The notes under the pieces are model-generated. The model was given only the letters and a program-made list of their open reading frames with translations, was not told the origin of the DNA and searched no databases. DNA of 64,000 nt from Escherichia phage vB_EcoM_LMP25. Numbering within the stretch: position 1 is the first letter of the stretch; every line of letters starts with the position of its first letter. Positions 1 to 9,909 of the stretch are shown in pieces. The position numbers and the translations under genes were made by a program. The DNA lies in sequence record MK482688.1, one strand, 5' to 3'.

Positions 1-1452
1 TTTGTACAGACCACCTTGTGTGAATGCAAGAGGGTTAGAACTTGCTGGCATATTAGCAATCATTTCGTAGCGTTTCTTGTGGAAGCTGCGAATCATCTCT
101 AGGTACTTATCAAGCTCTTTCCAGAAATCTAAACCACTCTCTTTAGAATACTGGTAAATCATTGGTAAGTTCAAAGATACAGCACCAATGTTAGCACGAC
201 CAACGTAGAACTCTTCCCCATTCTCGTTAAGATACGGAGATAAGAAGGCTCTGCAACCCATCGGTGAAATTACCTTACCAGAACGCTCAAAAGCCTCTGC
301 TACAGCACCATGACCAGATACACTTAAGAAATCTGGATACATTGCTTTAGAGCAACACTCAATAGCTTTACTGTACAGGTGACCTTGACAGATATTCTCA
401 TTGTGTCTCTTCTGGTCATAAATATAAACCAGTTTAGGGAATACAACAGGTTTCTTGCTCTTACCTTGACCATTCATACGAACATCTAGGAGAGTACTTG
501 CAATCATATATTGCAGTCGGTTATCTTCATTGGACATATCTGAGTCAAGTAACCCGAATGTCAAAGTTGTGAATGCAAAATCACCACGGCTACAAGGCAC
601 GGTATTTAGTTTCATCTCAAGTGACTGAAAACCTTGAGTCAGTTCAATTTGTAACTGCTCCATTACATAATTGTGGTAATGCTCTTTAGGAATACCATAA
701 GATGATGCTTTCTCAGCATGATAGCGTAGAGACTTCTTAGCATACGGTACAAGTACCTTATCAATCTCTGCTAAAGTAAAACCACCAAATTGCTGTGCAG
801 TTGCTGAAAGTACTACGTCACCAATAACCTGCAACGCTGACAGTACAGATTTAGGTTCACAGTACTCAATGCCGGACATTTCAAAGCCACCTTTTAGTAC
901 TTTACCAATGTCAAACAGGCAACAGTTAATACCACCAAAAATCAGGTCTCTTAAATCATGGATATAGATAAAGCCTTTCTCAATGGCTTCAAGTTCCTCT
1001 GGTGTTAGATGATACTGTTTAAAGATTTCTTTAGTCAGGTAACCACGGATAATTGAACCTTTCGTAGAAATTAAACTGCTGTCAAAGTTAGCATTTTCAC
1101 GGTCACCTAAGAAGAGTGTATCTTTAGTCTTCTGGTAGAGTTCATCCCAATTTTGAGCAACCTCTTTACGGTAATTTCTATATGTTGAGTAAGACTCATA
1201 AATCTCGTGATTGACTTCTGCCAAAGCACCCTCAACAATACTGTGAATATCATTTACCGAAATTAGCAAATTATTCTGCTTAGTGGACTTTACCAGAATC
1301 CTCATAAATGCTGACTCAAGAGCTTGAGTAACATCTGGTGGAAGCTCTTTATAACCAACTCTGTTAGCTGACTTTGTGACTGCTGCTAAAACTTTTTTGA
1401 TATCAGGTTCTTCAAGTGAGCCATTCTTTTTAATAATCTGTACTTTGTTCAT
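1..1452 (-). CDS. nrdD: Anaerobic ribonucleoside-triphosphate reductase (class III RNR), N-terminal ~484 aa; C-terminus lies beyond the window start
   Basis: Manual translation of the minus strand from ATG at 1452: ATP-cone-like N-terminus, then VVFPKLVYIYD, KAMYPDFL, PMGCRAFLS, GRANIGAVSLNLP, which match conserved NrdD blocks. Frame stays open to position 1. Confidence 0.85.
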   Translation of the reverse strand, partial: MNKVQIIKKNGSLEEPDIKKVLAAVTKSANRVGYKELPPDVTQALESAFMRILVKSTKQNNLLISVNDIHSIVEGALAEVNHEIYESYSTYRNYRKEVAQNWDELYQKTKDTLFLGDRENANFDSSLISTKGSIIRGYLTKEIFKQYHLTPEELEAIEKGFIYIHDLRDLIFGGINCCLFDIGKVLKGGFEMSGIEYCEPKSVLSALQVIGDVVLSATAQQFGGFTLAEIDKVLVPYAKKSLRYHAEKASSYGIPKEHYHNYVMEQLQIELTQGFQSLEMKLNTVPCSRGDFAFTTLTFGLLDSDMSNEDNRLQYMIASTLLDVRMNGQGKSKKPVVFPKLVYIYDQKRHNENICQGHLYSKAIECCSKAMYPDFLSVSGHGAVAEAFERSGKVISPMGCRAFLSPYLNENGEEFYVGRANIGAVSLNLPMIYQYSKESGLDFWKELDKYLEMIRSFHKKRYEMIANMPASSNPLAFTQGGLYK

Positions 1453-1470
1453 TATTGCCCCTTTACATGC

Positions 1471-1495
1471 TAAAAAGGTCTCCGAAGAGACCCTT
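1471..1495 (-). terminator. Intrinsic terminator (GGTCTC-TTCG-GAGACC hairpin followed by T-run on the minus strand)
   Basis: Perfect 6-bp stem with TTCG tetraloop and a TTTTT run directly downstream of the 1501 stop. Confidence 0.5.
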
Positions 1496-1500
1496 TCATT

Positions 1501-1707
1501 TTAAATCTTTTTAGAAAACTTAGAAACGAGTTTTCTCAGTTTTTCAGTGATGCCTAACTGTATCTCTAATATTTCAAAGATAACCCATAGTAACATGGCT
1601 CCAAACAATGAACCTTGTTCAAAATCAGTAAATAGGTTAACAACAAGCATACCAATCACAATGGCTGGTGCATCAACAACCAGACCTTCCCAAAGGCGTT
1701 TAAGCAT
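1501..1707 (-). CDS. Small hydrophobic protein (hypothetical)
   Basis: 68-aa ORF with two hydrophobic segments, wedged between nrdD and the glutaredoxin-like gene. Confidence 0.4.
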   Translation of the reverse strand: MLKRLWEGLVVDAPAIVIGMLVVNLFTDFEQGSLFGAMLLWVIFEILEIQLGITEKLRKLVSKFSKKI

Positions 1708-1942
1708 TATTCACCTCTGCCATAAAATTCTGTAGCGTTCCAACAGGTTTTAGGTTTTGTCCATCAGTTTTCATGATGAATGGCATCTGACGAACTGGCA
1801 TCTGTGCAATATCCATCAGGTCTGATAGTTCATAGTCCTGCCCTAACATTCTCACAACATGGTCAATACCACGAGCTTTTGCAAAATTCTTTGCAGTCTC
1901 ACACTGAGGGCATCCAGTTTTGGAGTAAATTACATAAGTCAT
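1700..1942 (-). CDS. Glutaredoxin/NrdH-like redoxin
   Basis: 80 aa with N-terminal YSKTGCPQCETAK (CxxC redox motif in a thioredoxin-fold context); placed between RNR genes. Confidence 0.6.
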   Translation of the reverse strand: MTYVIYSKTGCPQCETAKNFAKARGIDHVVRMLGQDYELSDLMDIAQMPVRQMPFIMKTDGQNLKPVGTLQNFMAEVNNA

Positions 1943-3015
1943 TAAGGAACCTCTAAAAATCCACTATTCAAATCATCTACAACAGTATTCAACAGGTACG
2001 CACCGTTCTGTTGCTCCTGATTAGCATTCTGCTCTTTATCAATTTCCATCTTCTTAATCATGTACTTCAAAGGTGGTTCTTTAGGAGCTACAAAATCTCT
2101 GGGAATGCCAAACATATCATACAGTGGGGCAGCATTATAGTAAACCCACTCATGAAGAAGCTTTGTATTCAAGCCAACTACAGCACGTCCTTCGGAGAAG
2201 ATATAATACGACCATTTCTCTTCACTTTCAACTACTTCATCTAAGATTACTTTAATCTCTGGAAGAATTTGTTGAAAAGCTTTCTGCCATTCATCATCTC
2301 TTAAAGTTTCTTTTAAAACTTCAATATCAATTTTAGTGTGAAGGATTTCGTCAAGCATAATTTTCTGGACAGCTTGAGCAATACCCTGAAATTTATCTTG
2401 AGCATCAAGTGCAAAAGTACATGCAAAGGATGCCATAAAAGATATGCCTTCAAGTGCAGTCACTGCAAACAGCCCTTTCAGAATCACTTTATGGAAGTGC
2501 AAAGGGTCTTTGTCCAGAAGTGAATCACGTACATAACTCAGACGGTAGTTTATACCTTCATCCAGTAATTCTTCAAGAACACGATTCACAGTTTTTAATC
2601 GGTCTTGCACAGCAACATTCTGGTTAATCTCATCTAAGATTGTTTCAGGGTTTTTAATACATTGTCTTACAATCTCTGAGTAAGTAAGAGCATGTAGGTT
2701 TTCAATCTCAGACTGCTTCATAATTGCAGTTGCATAGATGTCATCAGAGATAAAGGGTGCAAAGGCAAATGCCAAGCTCTTAGCAACTTGAGTATCTGCT
2801 TCCCATTGCCACTTAAGAATCTCAAGCATTACACCTGACATTGATGCTGGGACACTCTCAAAATCAAGACGTGATTGTTCAAAAGGGAACTCATCTTCTG
2901 ACCAGTCTTGTGCTTTTTGTTGTTTATAAAGTTCAAAGATTTTTGGGTAGTGCTTATTGAGTGAGTCAAAAGTTTTTCTCTCACCACCTAAAAAGATTGG
3001 GTGCTGGTTAATCAT
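1942..3015 (-). CDS. nrdB: Ribonucleotide reductase class I beta subunit
   Basis: Listed ORF runs to 3075; the internal ATG at 3015 is preceded by AGGAG at good spacing, so start is placed there. Ferritin-like RNR small-subunit organisation adjacent to nrdA; assignment by size, position and glutamate/histidine-rich helices. Confidence 0.8.
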   Translation of the reverse strand: MINQHPIFLGGERKTFDSLNKHYPKIFELYKQQKAQDWSEDEFPFEQSRLDFESVPASMSGVMLEILKWQWEADTQVAKSLAFAFAPFISDDIYATAIMKQSEIENLHALTYSEIVRQCIKNPETILDEINQNVAVQDRLKTVNRVLEELLDEGINYRLSYVRDSLLDKDPLHFHKVILKGLFAVTALEGISFMASFACTFALDAQDKFQGIAQAVQKIMLDEILHTKIDIEVLKETLRDDEWQKAFQQILPEIKVILDEVVESEEKWSYYIFSEGRAVVGLNTKLLHEWVYYNAAPLYDMFGIPRDFVAPKEPPLKYMIKKMEIDKEQNANQEQQNGAYLLNTVVDDLNSGFLEVP

Positions 3016-3269
3016 AGCGTGATTTCTCCTTTCTTTATCATTTCTAAGGCTTGTTTTCTGTCTAAAACTTCCCAATTTTCTTTGTTAAACATCTCATAAG
3101 GTCTTGCGTAGATTTTACCATCTGCTGTAGAGATGTAAGAGATACCAGCAACCCATGAGTCATCATTTTGTTTTATCATCATGTCTGTGCTACTCACATA
3201 GTACATCGTTTTCCGAGGCTTATGGAGCAAGTATATAGGTCGCTCATGTTTTTCTATTAAATCTTTCAT
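3012..3269 (-). CDS. Hypothetical protein between nrdA and nrdB
   Basis: ORF 3012..3347 trimmed to the ATG at 3269 (GGAGAG RBS; avoids overlap with the nrdA stop). No recognisable motif. Confidence 0.4.
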   Translation of the reverse strand: MKDLIEKHERPIYLLHKPRKTMYYVSSTDMMIKQNDDSWVAGISYISTADGKIYARPYEMFNKENWEVLDRKQALEMIKKGEITL

Positions 3270-3325
3270 GGTCTCTCCAAAGTTATTTTTAGAGGGTCTT
3301 TTACGACCCCCCATAGTTGTTAAAA

Positions 3326-5560
3326 CTAAACACCACAACCCTCGCAATAAGCATCTTGCAGTGCAGATTTACCTACACCAATGCGACTATTAAGGTAGTA
3401 CATGGTTTTCATACCTACCGAGTTGGCATAAATCATGTACTTCAGAGCTTGAGCCAATGATACCTTCTTAGACTTTGCATAGTCAACATAGAAGTCTGAA
3501 GAAATAGCTTGACCAGTGAACTTTTGAACAATTGCATAACAATCAATCATGTCAAAGGTGTCAATATCCCAAGCAATTTCATAAACATACTTCAACTCTT
3601 CATAATCTGGAACAATAAACAGTACGTTACCAGTTGCAGACTTTTTAGTTAAAATAAAGTCACGAATTGGGTACAAGCCATTTGTCGTGTTAGTTGCTAG
3701 TGAAGAACTCTCATTAGGCATGTAAGCTTCTAATACAGAGTTTCGGATTCCACCATTTTCTTTGATACGTTGTGCTAAGTCATCCCAATCATATCGTAGT
3801 TTTGCATCATGCTTTTCATCAATCTTCTTGTTAGCTGTCTTTGGAGGAACCCAGCCTTCAGGATACTTAGTGAACTTCATGTACTCTGGAACGCCACGCT
3901 CTTTAGCAAGTCTCAGAGAGGCTTCATGCAGATAGTAAGAGTGCATCTCTGCCAGTTCATGAAGTTTCGTTTTACCTGCTCGTGAAGAGTAGTTCACATA
4001 GTTCTTCGCAAGGTAATGAGCCACATTTGTAAGGCCAATCCCAACAGAACGACGCTTCTGAACATGGTTACGCATCGACGGATACGGATAATCCATAAGG
4101 TCAATAACGGAGTCAACCATTGCAAGAGCATAATAAGCAACGTCAGCGTATTCATCTTCTGAAATTCTCCCTGCAACCAAACTAGCTAGGAAGCAAAGAG
4201 CCACCTCACCATCCTCTTTCACAGCATCGTCTCTGTAAAGGTCTGTCTCTTTCTCAAAACCATACACTGGCAATACAATTTCCATACAAAGATTTGACAT
4301 CTTCAATGGTTCTTTAAATGGTGTATGTGTGTTTGCATTGTTAGTGAAGAATGGATACACACGACCTGTAGCATAACGCTGTTGAATAAACAGCTTAGCA
4401 ATTTCACGAGCCTTGACTCGTCTGTGCTTAACTCCTGAATGTACTGCGTGACCAACTGCCATAGCAAACTCATCAGCAGATGCTGTGTAGAACATGTCAT
4501 AGAGTTTTGGTGCATCTTTGTAAGAGAATAGCAACCAATCTGTATCATACTGAACACACTGCCAGAAGTAATCGTTTGTGCCGAATGAGTAGTCCATCTC
4601 ATTAATACGTTTAGAAGGAACCGTTGTAGGGTGCTTCAAACGCAGTAAATCTTCAATCTGCGGGTCTAGAGCAGTGTAGAAGTTGTTAGCTGAACCACCA
4701 CGACTCTTCTGTTTGTTTGCCTCTACAGATGAACGTACAAGCTTGTAATAAGGTAGCTTACCCATGTGTTCAATAGTATTTTGACGGATACCATCACCAA
4801 TAGTGCGAGTCTCCATCAGCATCCCGATACCAGCTTGCTTTGTAGTCATATCATAAGCAACCTTTGCAGCAATACCGAGAGATTCAGCGGTATCATTCGC
4901 CTTAATCAAACAGCATGACGCATAACCTGATTTAGTGGCTCTTAAACCATTCAGGTAAGGAGTAGGAGCGTTAATCTTCAGGTCAGATAGGTAAGTGTAC
5001 AGCTTGATAACATCTTGCAGTCTACGGTGCTTTGGTTGCTTCTCAAAGGCTTTCATAGCCATACCCATAAACATAAATTGTGGTGACTCAAAAAGTCTTC
5101 CCGTTTTAATATCACGGATACCATACTTGTCTCTGAACTGTTTCAGGACTGCATAACCATAAGAGATATCTTTTGAGTGCACAATGTACCCTTGCAGGTA
5201 TTCAAGCTCTTCCTGAGAATAGTCCATCTTCTCCCAAAGTCCTGCTCTCTCCATATTTTTAACGAAGGTAACCAGCGTAGGAACCTTAGTAAAACCTCCA
5301 AAGGCTTCTTTGTAGATAATTCCCAGAAGTAGCCGTCCAGCCATATCTGAGTACTCTTGAGTTTGTTTATCAACACAAACATCAATCATGGCTTGGTGCA
5401 TCTCTTTTGTAGTGCAACCTTCATAGACACGTTTCATGGCTTCCATAGTGACTTCTGACCAGATGATTCCGCGCTTATCTGCCCATGATGCCCACTTATT
5501 CAGTCTTTCTGGGTCAAAGCTTACTACTGTACCGTTTGATTTTTTAATTGTCTTAATCAT
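3326..5560 (-). CDS. nrdA: Ribonucleotide reductase class I alpha subunit
   Basis: 744 aa; N-terminal ATP-cone, then CCLIKANDTAESLG and SNLCMEIVLP active-site-like blocks and a C-terminal CEGCG tail typical of NrdA. Confidence 0.9.
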   Translation of the reverse strand: MIKTIKKSNGTVVSFDPERLNKWASWADKRGIIWSEVTMEAMKRVYEGCTTKEMHQAMIDVCVDKQTQEYSDMAGRLLLGIIYKEAFGGFTKVPTLVTFVKNMERAGLWEKMDYSQEELEYLQGYIVHSKDISYGYAVLKQFRDKYGIRDIKTGRLFESPQFMFMGMAMKAFEKQPKHRRLQDVIKLYTYLSDLKINAPTPYLNGLRATKSGYASCCLIKANDTAESLGIAAKVAYDMTTKQAGIGMLMETRTIGDGIRQNTIEHMGKLPYYKLVRSSVEANKQKSRGGSANNFYTALDPQIEDLLRLKHPTTVPSKRINEMDYSFGTNDYFWQCVQYDTDWLLFSYKDAPKLYDMFYTASADEFAMAVGHAVHSGVKHRRVKAREIAKLFIQQRYATGRVYPFFTNNANTHTPFKEPLKMSNLCMEIVLPVYGFEKETDLYRDDAVKEDGEVALCFLASLVAGRISEDEYADVAYYALAMVDSVIDLMDYPYPSMRNHVQKRRSVGIGLTNVAHYLAKNYVNYSSRAGKTKLHELAEMHSYYLHEASLRLAKERGVPEYMKFTKYPEGWVPPKTANKKIDEKHDAKLRYDWDDLAQRIKENGGIRNSVLEAYMPNESSSLATNTTNGLYPIRDFILTKKSATGNVLFIVPDYEELKYVYEIAWDIDTFDMIDCYAIVQKFTGQAISSDFYVDYAKSKKVSLAQALKYMIYANSVGMKTMYYLNSRIGVGKSALQDAYCEGCGV

Positions 5561-5573
5561 TTTTGAATCCTAC

Positions 5574-5600
5574 AGATGAAAAGAGCCTCCGAAGAGGCTC
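5574..5600 (-). terminator. Hairpin GAGCCTC-TTCG-GAGGCTC with T-run (terminator-like), between the 5607 stop and the nrdA start
   Basis: 7-bp perfect stem, TTCG loop, TTTTC after the stem on the minus strand. Confidence 0.45.
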
Positions 5601-5606
5601 CCTAGT

Positions 5607-5942
5607 TTAAATCTTGAAAATTTGCTCATTCTGCCACATATCGTAAAACTTATCACTTACTTTTGTGACTGAAGAGGCGTGCATACAATTTAGGAACCAT
5701 GACGGTGTACTAGCATCCATAATTGTTTCAAGTTTTTGTGTGACATTCACATCCATGTCTGCAACAACGTAATTGCCTCGCATCTTGCAAACAATTCTTC
5801 CAAACAAGATTGCACTTCTGCCTCTTCTGTCGTCACAGTACATAACTGTGTCTCCGTGCTTAACATCTTGTCCGATACTATCAACACCTAATTTAGCACC
5901 TGAGATAATGTCATCATAAGATAGCTTTTTTGCTTTAGACAC
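5607..5942 (-). CDS. Hypothetical protein
   Basis: 111-aa ORF, co-oriented and tightly packed with neighbours. Confidence 0.4.
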   Translation of the reverse strand: MSKAKKLSYDDIISGAKLGVDSIGQDVKHGDTVMYCDDRRGRSAILFGRIVCKMRGNYVVADMDVNVTQKLETIMDASTPSWFLNCMHASSVTKVSDKFYDMWQNEQIFKI

Positions 5943-6267
5943 GGTATTTCTCCAAGTTTCTTTTTAGATATAACCAACCATAGTCAGTTCTTTCTACACC
6001 CATGAAGAGTGGAGCCATTACAACTTTACCAAAAGTATTCCTGTGTTGACAGATTTCAAAAGAATACTCTTTCTCAATATCAATCCCGTATTTGTACAGG
6101 ACTGCTTTTAAAACTTGTTCATTATCCAGAAGTGTATCTGGAGTCTCACCATACTTCTCAAGTAACGGGTCATTCATAAACACCGTCATAGAGATATTGT
6201 AGTTTGAGAAGTGGCTCTTCTGAGCCACACCTTCTTTATTAATGTTCTGTGAATCCATTATAACCAA
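5935..6267 (-). CDS. Hypothetical protein
   Basis: 110-aa ORF; its start overlaps the upstream gene end. Confidence 0.4.
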   Translation of the reverse strand: MVIMDSQNINKEGVAQKSHFSNYNISMTVFMNDPLLEKYGETPDTLLDNEQVLKAVLYKYGIDIEKEYSFEICQHRNTFGKVVMAPLFMGVERTDYGWLYLKRNLEKYRV

Positions 6268-6994
6268 CCCCTTTTAACCAGCACTTCAGGTTATTAGCAT
6301 CATAATTCAGTTTCGGGTATGAGGTTACATGGAACTGCTCACCATCATAGTAGACAATATCTGCAATCCATAGTCCATTCTCTTTACAGAAGTCTTTATC
6401 TGCTTTAGAGGTAATTGGATTAACTTCTACAAAACCATCTACACCCAAATCCTTTAAGCTACATACAATACCTTTGCAGATAACGCATGTGTCAGATACT
6501 ACCACAAAAAGTTCTTGGCTTTCAAGTTCTACAATGTATTCACCAAGCTGAACTTTAGGGAGATTAGATTGCTTCATAACCTTCCCATCGGCTGCGCGAA
6601 CAATTGCATACCACTCTTTACCATCAACTACTGACATTCTGATGATACACTCTTGACCAGTACGCTTCTCAATATCTGCAAGACGTTTTAAAGCTTCTTC
6701 ATAGTCGTCTGTGTACTTCAGGTCATTATTATGGCAAACGGCTTCCATAGCGCCATTGTGGTCATGCTGTGACAGATAAATCAGACCGTCAAGAACATAT
6801 TGCAAATCTGCCTGAGCATCCAGTGTCTCAATGGGGTCTTTCTCTTCAATTGCTTTTACAAGCTCTTTTGCTTCTTCAAGCATACATAGAGATTGAGATT
6901 TCAAAGACTCCCAATACTCATCACTGTAAGGTTGCTTTTGAGTGTTTCCACAACGAAGATTCCAGTTTTTTACTGATTCTCTTGAGTTAAACAT
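6239..6994 (-). CDS. Hypothetical protein (N-terminal helical region weakly MazG-like)
   Basis: 251 aa; N-terminal EE/D-rich helices (LEEAKELVKAIEE...DAQADLQYVLDGL) loosely resemble MazG-type pyrophosphohydrolases; not confirmed. Confidence 0.35.
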   Translation of the reverse strand: MFNSRESVKNWNLRCGNTQKQPYSDEYWESLKSQSLCMLEEAKELVKAIEEKDPIETLDAQADLQYVLDGLIYLSQHDHNGAMEAVCHNNDLKYTDDYEEALKRLADIEKRTGQECIIRMSVVDGKEWYAIVRAADGKVMKQSNLPKVQLGEYIVELESQELFVVVSDTCVICKGIVCSLKDLGVDGFVEVNPITSKADKDFCKENGLWIADIVYYDGEQFHVTSYPKLNYDANNLKCWLKGVGYNGFTEH

Positions 6995-7233
6995 TTGGAC
7001 TCCTTAAAATATCTGTTAACCTTTAGCTCTCGTGTTTCAATATATTCCAGATGTTCACGTAGCTCTTGACGTTTAAGCATTAGGTGCTGCATTTGAGATT
7101 CAACAGCTTCAACCTCTTTAATTATTGACTCTCTGGCATTTGCAAGAATGCGCTCAAGTTCTTCAATCTTGCTGTCAACTTTTGCTACATGACTCACAGC
7201 TTTACTTTTGTTAAACATTTTATTCTCTCTCAA
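6970..7233 (-). CDS. Hypothetical coiled-coil protein
   Basis: 87 aa, heptad-like charged pattern. Confidence 0.35.
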   Translation of the reverse strand: MRENKMFNKSKAVSHVAKVDSKIEELERILANARESIIKEVEAVESQMQHLMLKRQELREHLEYIETRELKVNRYFKESKCLTQENQ

Positions 7234-7239
7234 TAGTTA

Positions 7240-7737
7240 TCAAGCACAGTTTGCTTTCATTACCTTATGGATTCTTTTTTCAGCATCTTCATAAGTTTCT
7301 TTAGTAATAAACTTAATTGCTGCAATATTGGCATTGTAGAAGAGCCTGAGCTTCGAGTCAATCCTTTTTGTCATTACATCGAATTTATGTTGAAGGTTTG
7401 CTTCACCATAGACTAGACCACCTTTTGTGTAGTAGGTTTGAATAATGTAAAAATCAAAAGATTCTTTTCCAAAGCTTTCAATATCTTTTTTAATATACTC
7501 AGAAGAGGTTTCGTAAGTCATCCAATCACTCTCCTTAGTGACTACCTTCTTCCGAGTCTTCCCAGCAACTTTTCTTTTTGTCACACTGTTAAGCTGTTTC
7601 TTTCCGATATAATATTGTCCAGTCTTCTTACAGTGCACTAAATAGACAAAGCCAAAATGTTTAGTGGGGTCAACTTCCCCACATAAAGATACCCAATGAC
7701 CGTAGGTAGGGCAATTGCCAAATCCTTTAATCTTCAT
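7240..7737 (-). CDS. GIY-YIG family endonuclease (putative homing endonuclease)
   Basis: N-terminal FGFVYLVHCKKTGQYYIGKK matches the GIY-(10-11)-YIG spacing of GIY-YIG nucleases. Confidence 0.5.
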   Translation of the reverse strand: MKIKGFGNCPTYGHWVSLCGEVDPTKHFGFVYLVHCKKTGQYYIGKKQLNSVTKRKVAGKTRKKVVTKESDWMTYETSSEYIKKDIESFGKESFDFYIIQTYYTKGGLVYGEANLQHKFDVMTKRIDSKLRLFYNANIAAIKFITKETYEDAEKRIHKVMKANCA

Positions 7738-8767
7738 TCATACACGGCTCCCAATTATATTTCTTGAAAGAGAAATTGTCTTTTGGATTTCTCTCTTGAT
7801 ATGCTATCCAGAAATGCTGTTCCATTAACTCTAATGGTGTTTTGGTAACAGTCTGTCCATCCCATGATACATAGGTGTAAGAGTCTTTTTTAGCATAGAG
7901 TTCATAGATAGCATCAAGACACTCTTTATAGGTCTCTTTACCCTCTAAAGCATTCATCACAGCTACTTTACCAGCACCTTTAAGGCCGAAGTAGTTGTCT
8001 GCATTATCTCCAGCAACAGCCTGATAACACAAAAATTTAAAACCTACACCAACTGTTTTTGCAGCTTTTGGTTTTGATTTGATAGGACAATCCCAGATAT
8101 CACCAACATTATTATCAGCAATAAAAATTAGTGGTGACTTTTCATAAGTCATATCAATACAATAAGTCCCTTCAGCTTGTCGAAGGTCTTTGTCAATACT
8201 CATGAGAGCAGCCTTCTTACCCATCTTTTCAGCTTTAGCAATTACAATTGAATCGGCTTCGAATCCTCCCTTTAAGAGTTTGAACTCTGGTCTTGACAGA
8301 AGATACTCACGACAAGCGACTAAATGTGTTGGTGTGACAGCATCTTTACGGTTACCTTGATATTGGTGCTCAAGACCTTTCACATCTTTATGTTTATGCA
8401 CACCCTTCTCTGTTAAATAACCTACCCAAGTTCTTTCTTTACCAACAACCTTAAGCCATTCCTGAAGAACCTGCTGAGTAGCCATGATAGCTTCTTTTTC
8501 ACTCTTAGCTTCTTTCCAAGTCTGTCTTTCCCATTCATCTTCATCAAATGCTAGGCCAAGCTCTTCTACAAGGATTCTCTGGTCTGCTAACCATCTTGCA
8601 GCATCTTTTGCATTATCAAATGATTCAGATTCTTCTGCTGTGAGCTTATTAACGTATTTATACTTTGCTTTCTCAACTACACAAGCACCTTTATAGGCAA
8701 TGCTGTCAGAGTCAATAAAGACATGTGTAACTGAATCGGGAAGCTTTGTTAATGTGTACTTCTCCAT
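7727..8767 (-). CDS. RNase H / 5'-3' flap endonuclease (T4 RNase H-like)
   Basis: 346 aa; VFIDSDSIAY, EADSIVIAKAEK, SIDKDLRQ and GDNADNYFGLKGAG blocks align by eye with the acidic clusters and H3TH region of T4 RNase H/FEN nucleases. Confidence 0.55.
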   Translation of the reverse strand: MEKYTLTKLPDSVTHVFIDSDSIAYKGACVVEKAKYKYVNKLTAEESESFDNAKDAARWLADQRILVEELGLAFDEDEWERQTWKEAKSEKEAIMATQQVLQEWLKVVGKERTWVGYLTEKGVHKHKDVKGLEHQYQGNRKDAVTPTHLVACREYLLSRPEFKLLKGGFEADSIVIAKAEKMGKKAALMSIDKDLRQAEGTYCIDMTYEKSPLIFIADNNVGDIWDCPIKSKPKAAKTVGVGFKFLCYQAVAGDNADNYFGLKGAGKVAVMNALEGKETYKECLDAIYELYAKKDSYTYVSWDGQTVTKTPLELMEQHFWIAYQERNPKDNFSFKKYNWEPCMNED

Positions 8768-8783
8768 TATGGCTCTCCATATG

Positions 8784-8812
8784 AAAAAGCCCCATACTAA
8801 GTACAGGGCTTT
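8784..8812 (-). terminator. Hairpin plus T-run downstream of the SSB-like gene
   Basis: Minus-strand AGCCC...GGGCT stem followed by TTTTTCAT. Confidence 0.4.
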
Positions 8813-8829
8813 AAAGTAACTTTTAGAGA

Positions 8830-9687
8830 TTAGTCTTCTGTATCGAAGTCTTCATCTTCTTCGTCATCTGGGTCTGGCAAGTCTTCATCGTCACCATCAT
8901 CAGAATCATTCGAAGATTTATGGTCTGTTGCGTCTTCTTCAGTGATTTCACCGTTATCTTCGACACCATCAAGACCAAGCATAGCCAGTTCATCTTCATC
9001 CAGTTCAGGTTCACCGTTAGCACCGTTACCACCAGTGTAAGGTACAAGAGTATCAATGATAAACTGTTCCTGAATAGGCTTTGTCAAGACATTGTTCTCA
9101 AAAGTGTAGAAGTGAGTAGAAAGAATCACACTACCAAAAGAACCGTTACCAACTGCAATATCTGGATGAATTACATCATAGTTCTTATCATCTTCATGTT
9201 TGTCAGATGCTTGAGCTTTGATTTTCTTCATCGGCTGCTTAACAGCTACACGCTTACCATTTACTTCTTCAATCAGCATTACAGGGAATGACTGTTTAGC
9301 TGTCCATACAGCACCATCTTTATAAGCTGCTGCACGACTTACTTTCAAGATGTAGTAAGTGTCTGCTTCAAATGGTGGTTTGCAACCAAACTTCTCTTCG
9401 AAGTCATCTGCATCAACTGCTTCAGTGGTAACTTTATCCCAACCTTCTGGGTTTTTCTTAGACTTAGTAAACTCTTTAAACAGCTTGTTACCATCTTCTG
9501 CCAGAATTGAAACGCTGTAGTTACAGTCTTTGCCTGGGAATTTCTTATCAATGGACTTGCCTTTTCCCGGACGTGGTGAAGTGTTCAGGTAATAAAACCA
9601 GACATCTTTCAGAAGGTAACGCAGAGTTTGACGTTCAGTACCGTTGTACTTCTCTACCGGAGCTTTCATTTTAACAACTTTAGACAT
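8830..9687 (-). CDS. Putative single-stranded DNA-binding protein (acidic C-terminal tail)
   Basis: 285 aa with an extremely acidic C-terminus (DDGDDEDLPDPDDEEDEDFDTED), as in phage SSBs (T4 gp32, T7 gp2.5); replication-module context. Inference from composition and position only. Confidence 0.4.
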   Translation of the reverse strand: MSKVVKMKAPVEKYNGTERQTLRYLLKDVWFYYLNTSPRPGKGKSIDKKFPGKDCNYSVSILAEDGNKLFKEFTKSKKNPEGWDKVTTEAVDADDFEEKFGCKPPFEADTYYILKVSRAAAYKDGAVWTAKQSFPVMLIEEVNGKRVAVKQPMKKIKAQASDKHEDDKNYDVIHPDIAVGNGSFGSVILSTHFYTFENNVLTKPIQEQFIIDTLVPYTGGNGANGEPELDEDELAMLGLDGVEDNGEITEEDATDHKSSNDSDDGDDEDLPDPDDEEDEDFDTED

Positions 9688-9723
9688 TATTTAAACCTCT
9701 ATCTCAATTTATGAAGAGTACCA

Positions 9724-9752
9724 ATTCTAATTTGTTGATACTCTATTGTCAA
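9724..9752 (-). promoter_or_regulatory. Sigma70-like promoter TTGACA-N17-TAGAAT on the minus strand, upstream of the SSB-like gene
   Basis: Consensus -35 hexamer, 17-nt spacer, near-consensus -10. Confidence 0.5.
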
Positions 9753-9782
9753 ATATTAATTACTGGAAGTTGTGCTTATCTT

Positions 9783-9909
9783 TAGAAGCTGCTTTACGTG
9801 CAGTTTTTCCAGTTCTTACACGCTTCTCTTCATAGTATTTTGCTGGTTTTCCAGCAGTGGCTTTTAAGGAATCCCCAAAAACTTTTTCAAATGCTTTAGA
9901 GTGTTTCAT
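9783..9909 (-). CDS. Small basic protein (hypothetical, 41 aa)
   Basis: Hand-translated short ORF MKHSKAFEKVFGDS...KDKHNFQ, below the ORF-track length cutoff; lysine-rich. Confidence 0.25.

Noticed and set aside
3012-3347. Longer version of the small ORF between nrdA and nrdB, starting at 3347
   Set aside because: That start would overlap the nrdA stop by 22 nt and lacks an RBS; the ATG at 3269 has a GGAGAG RBS.
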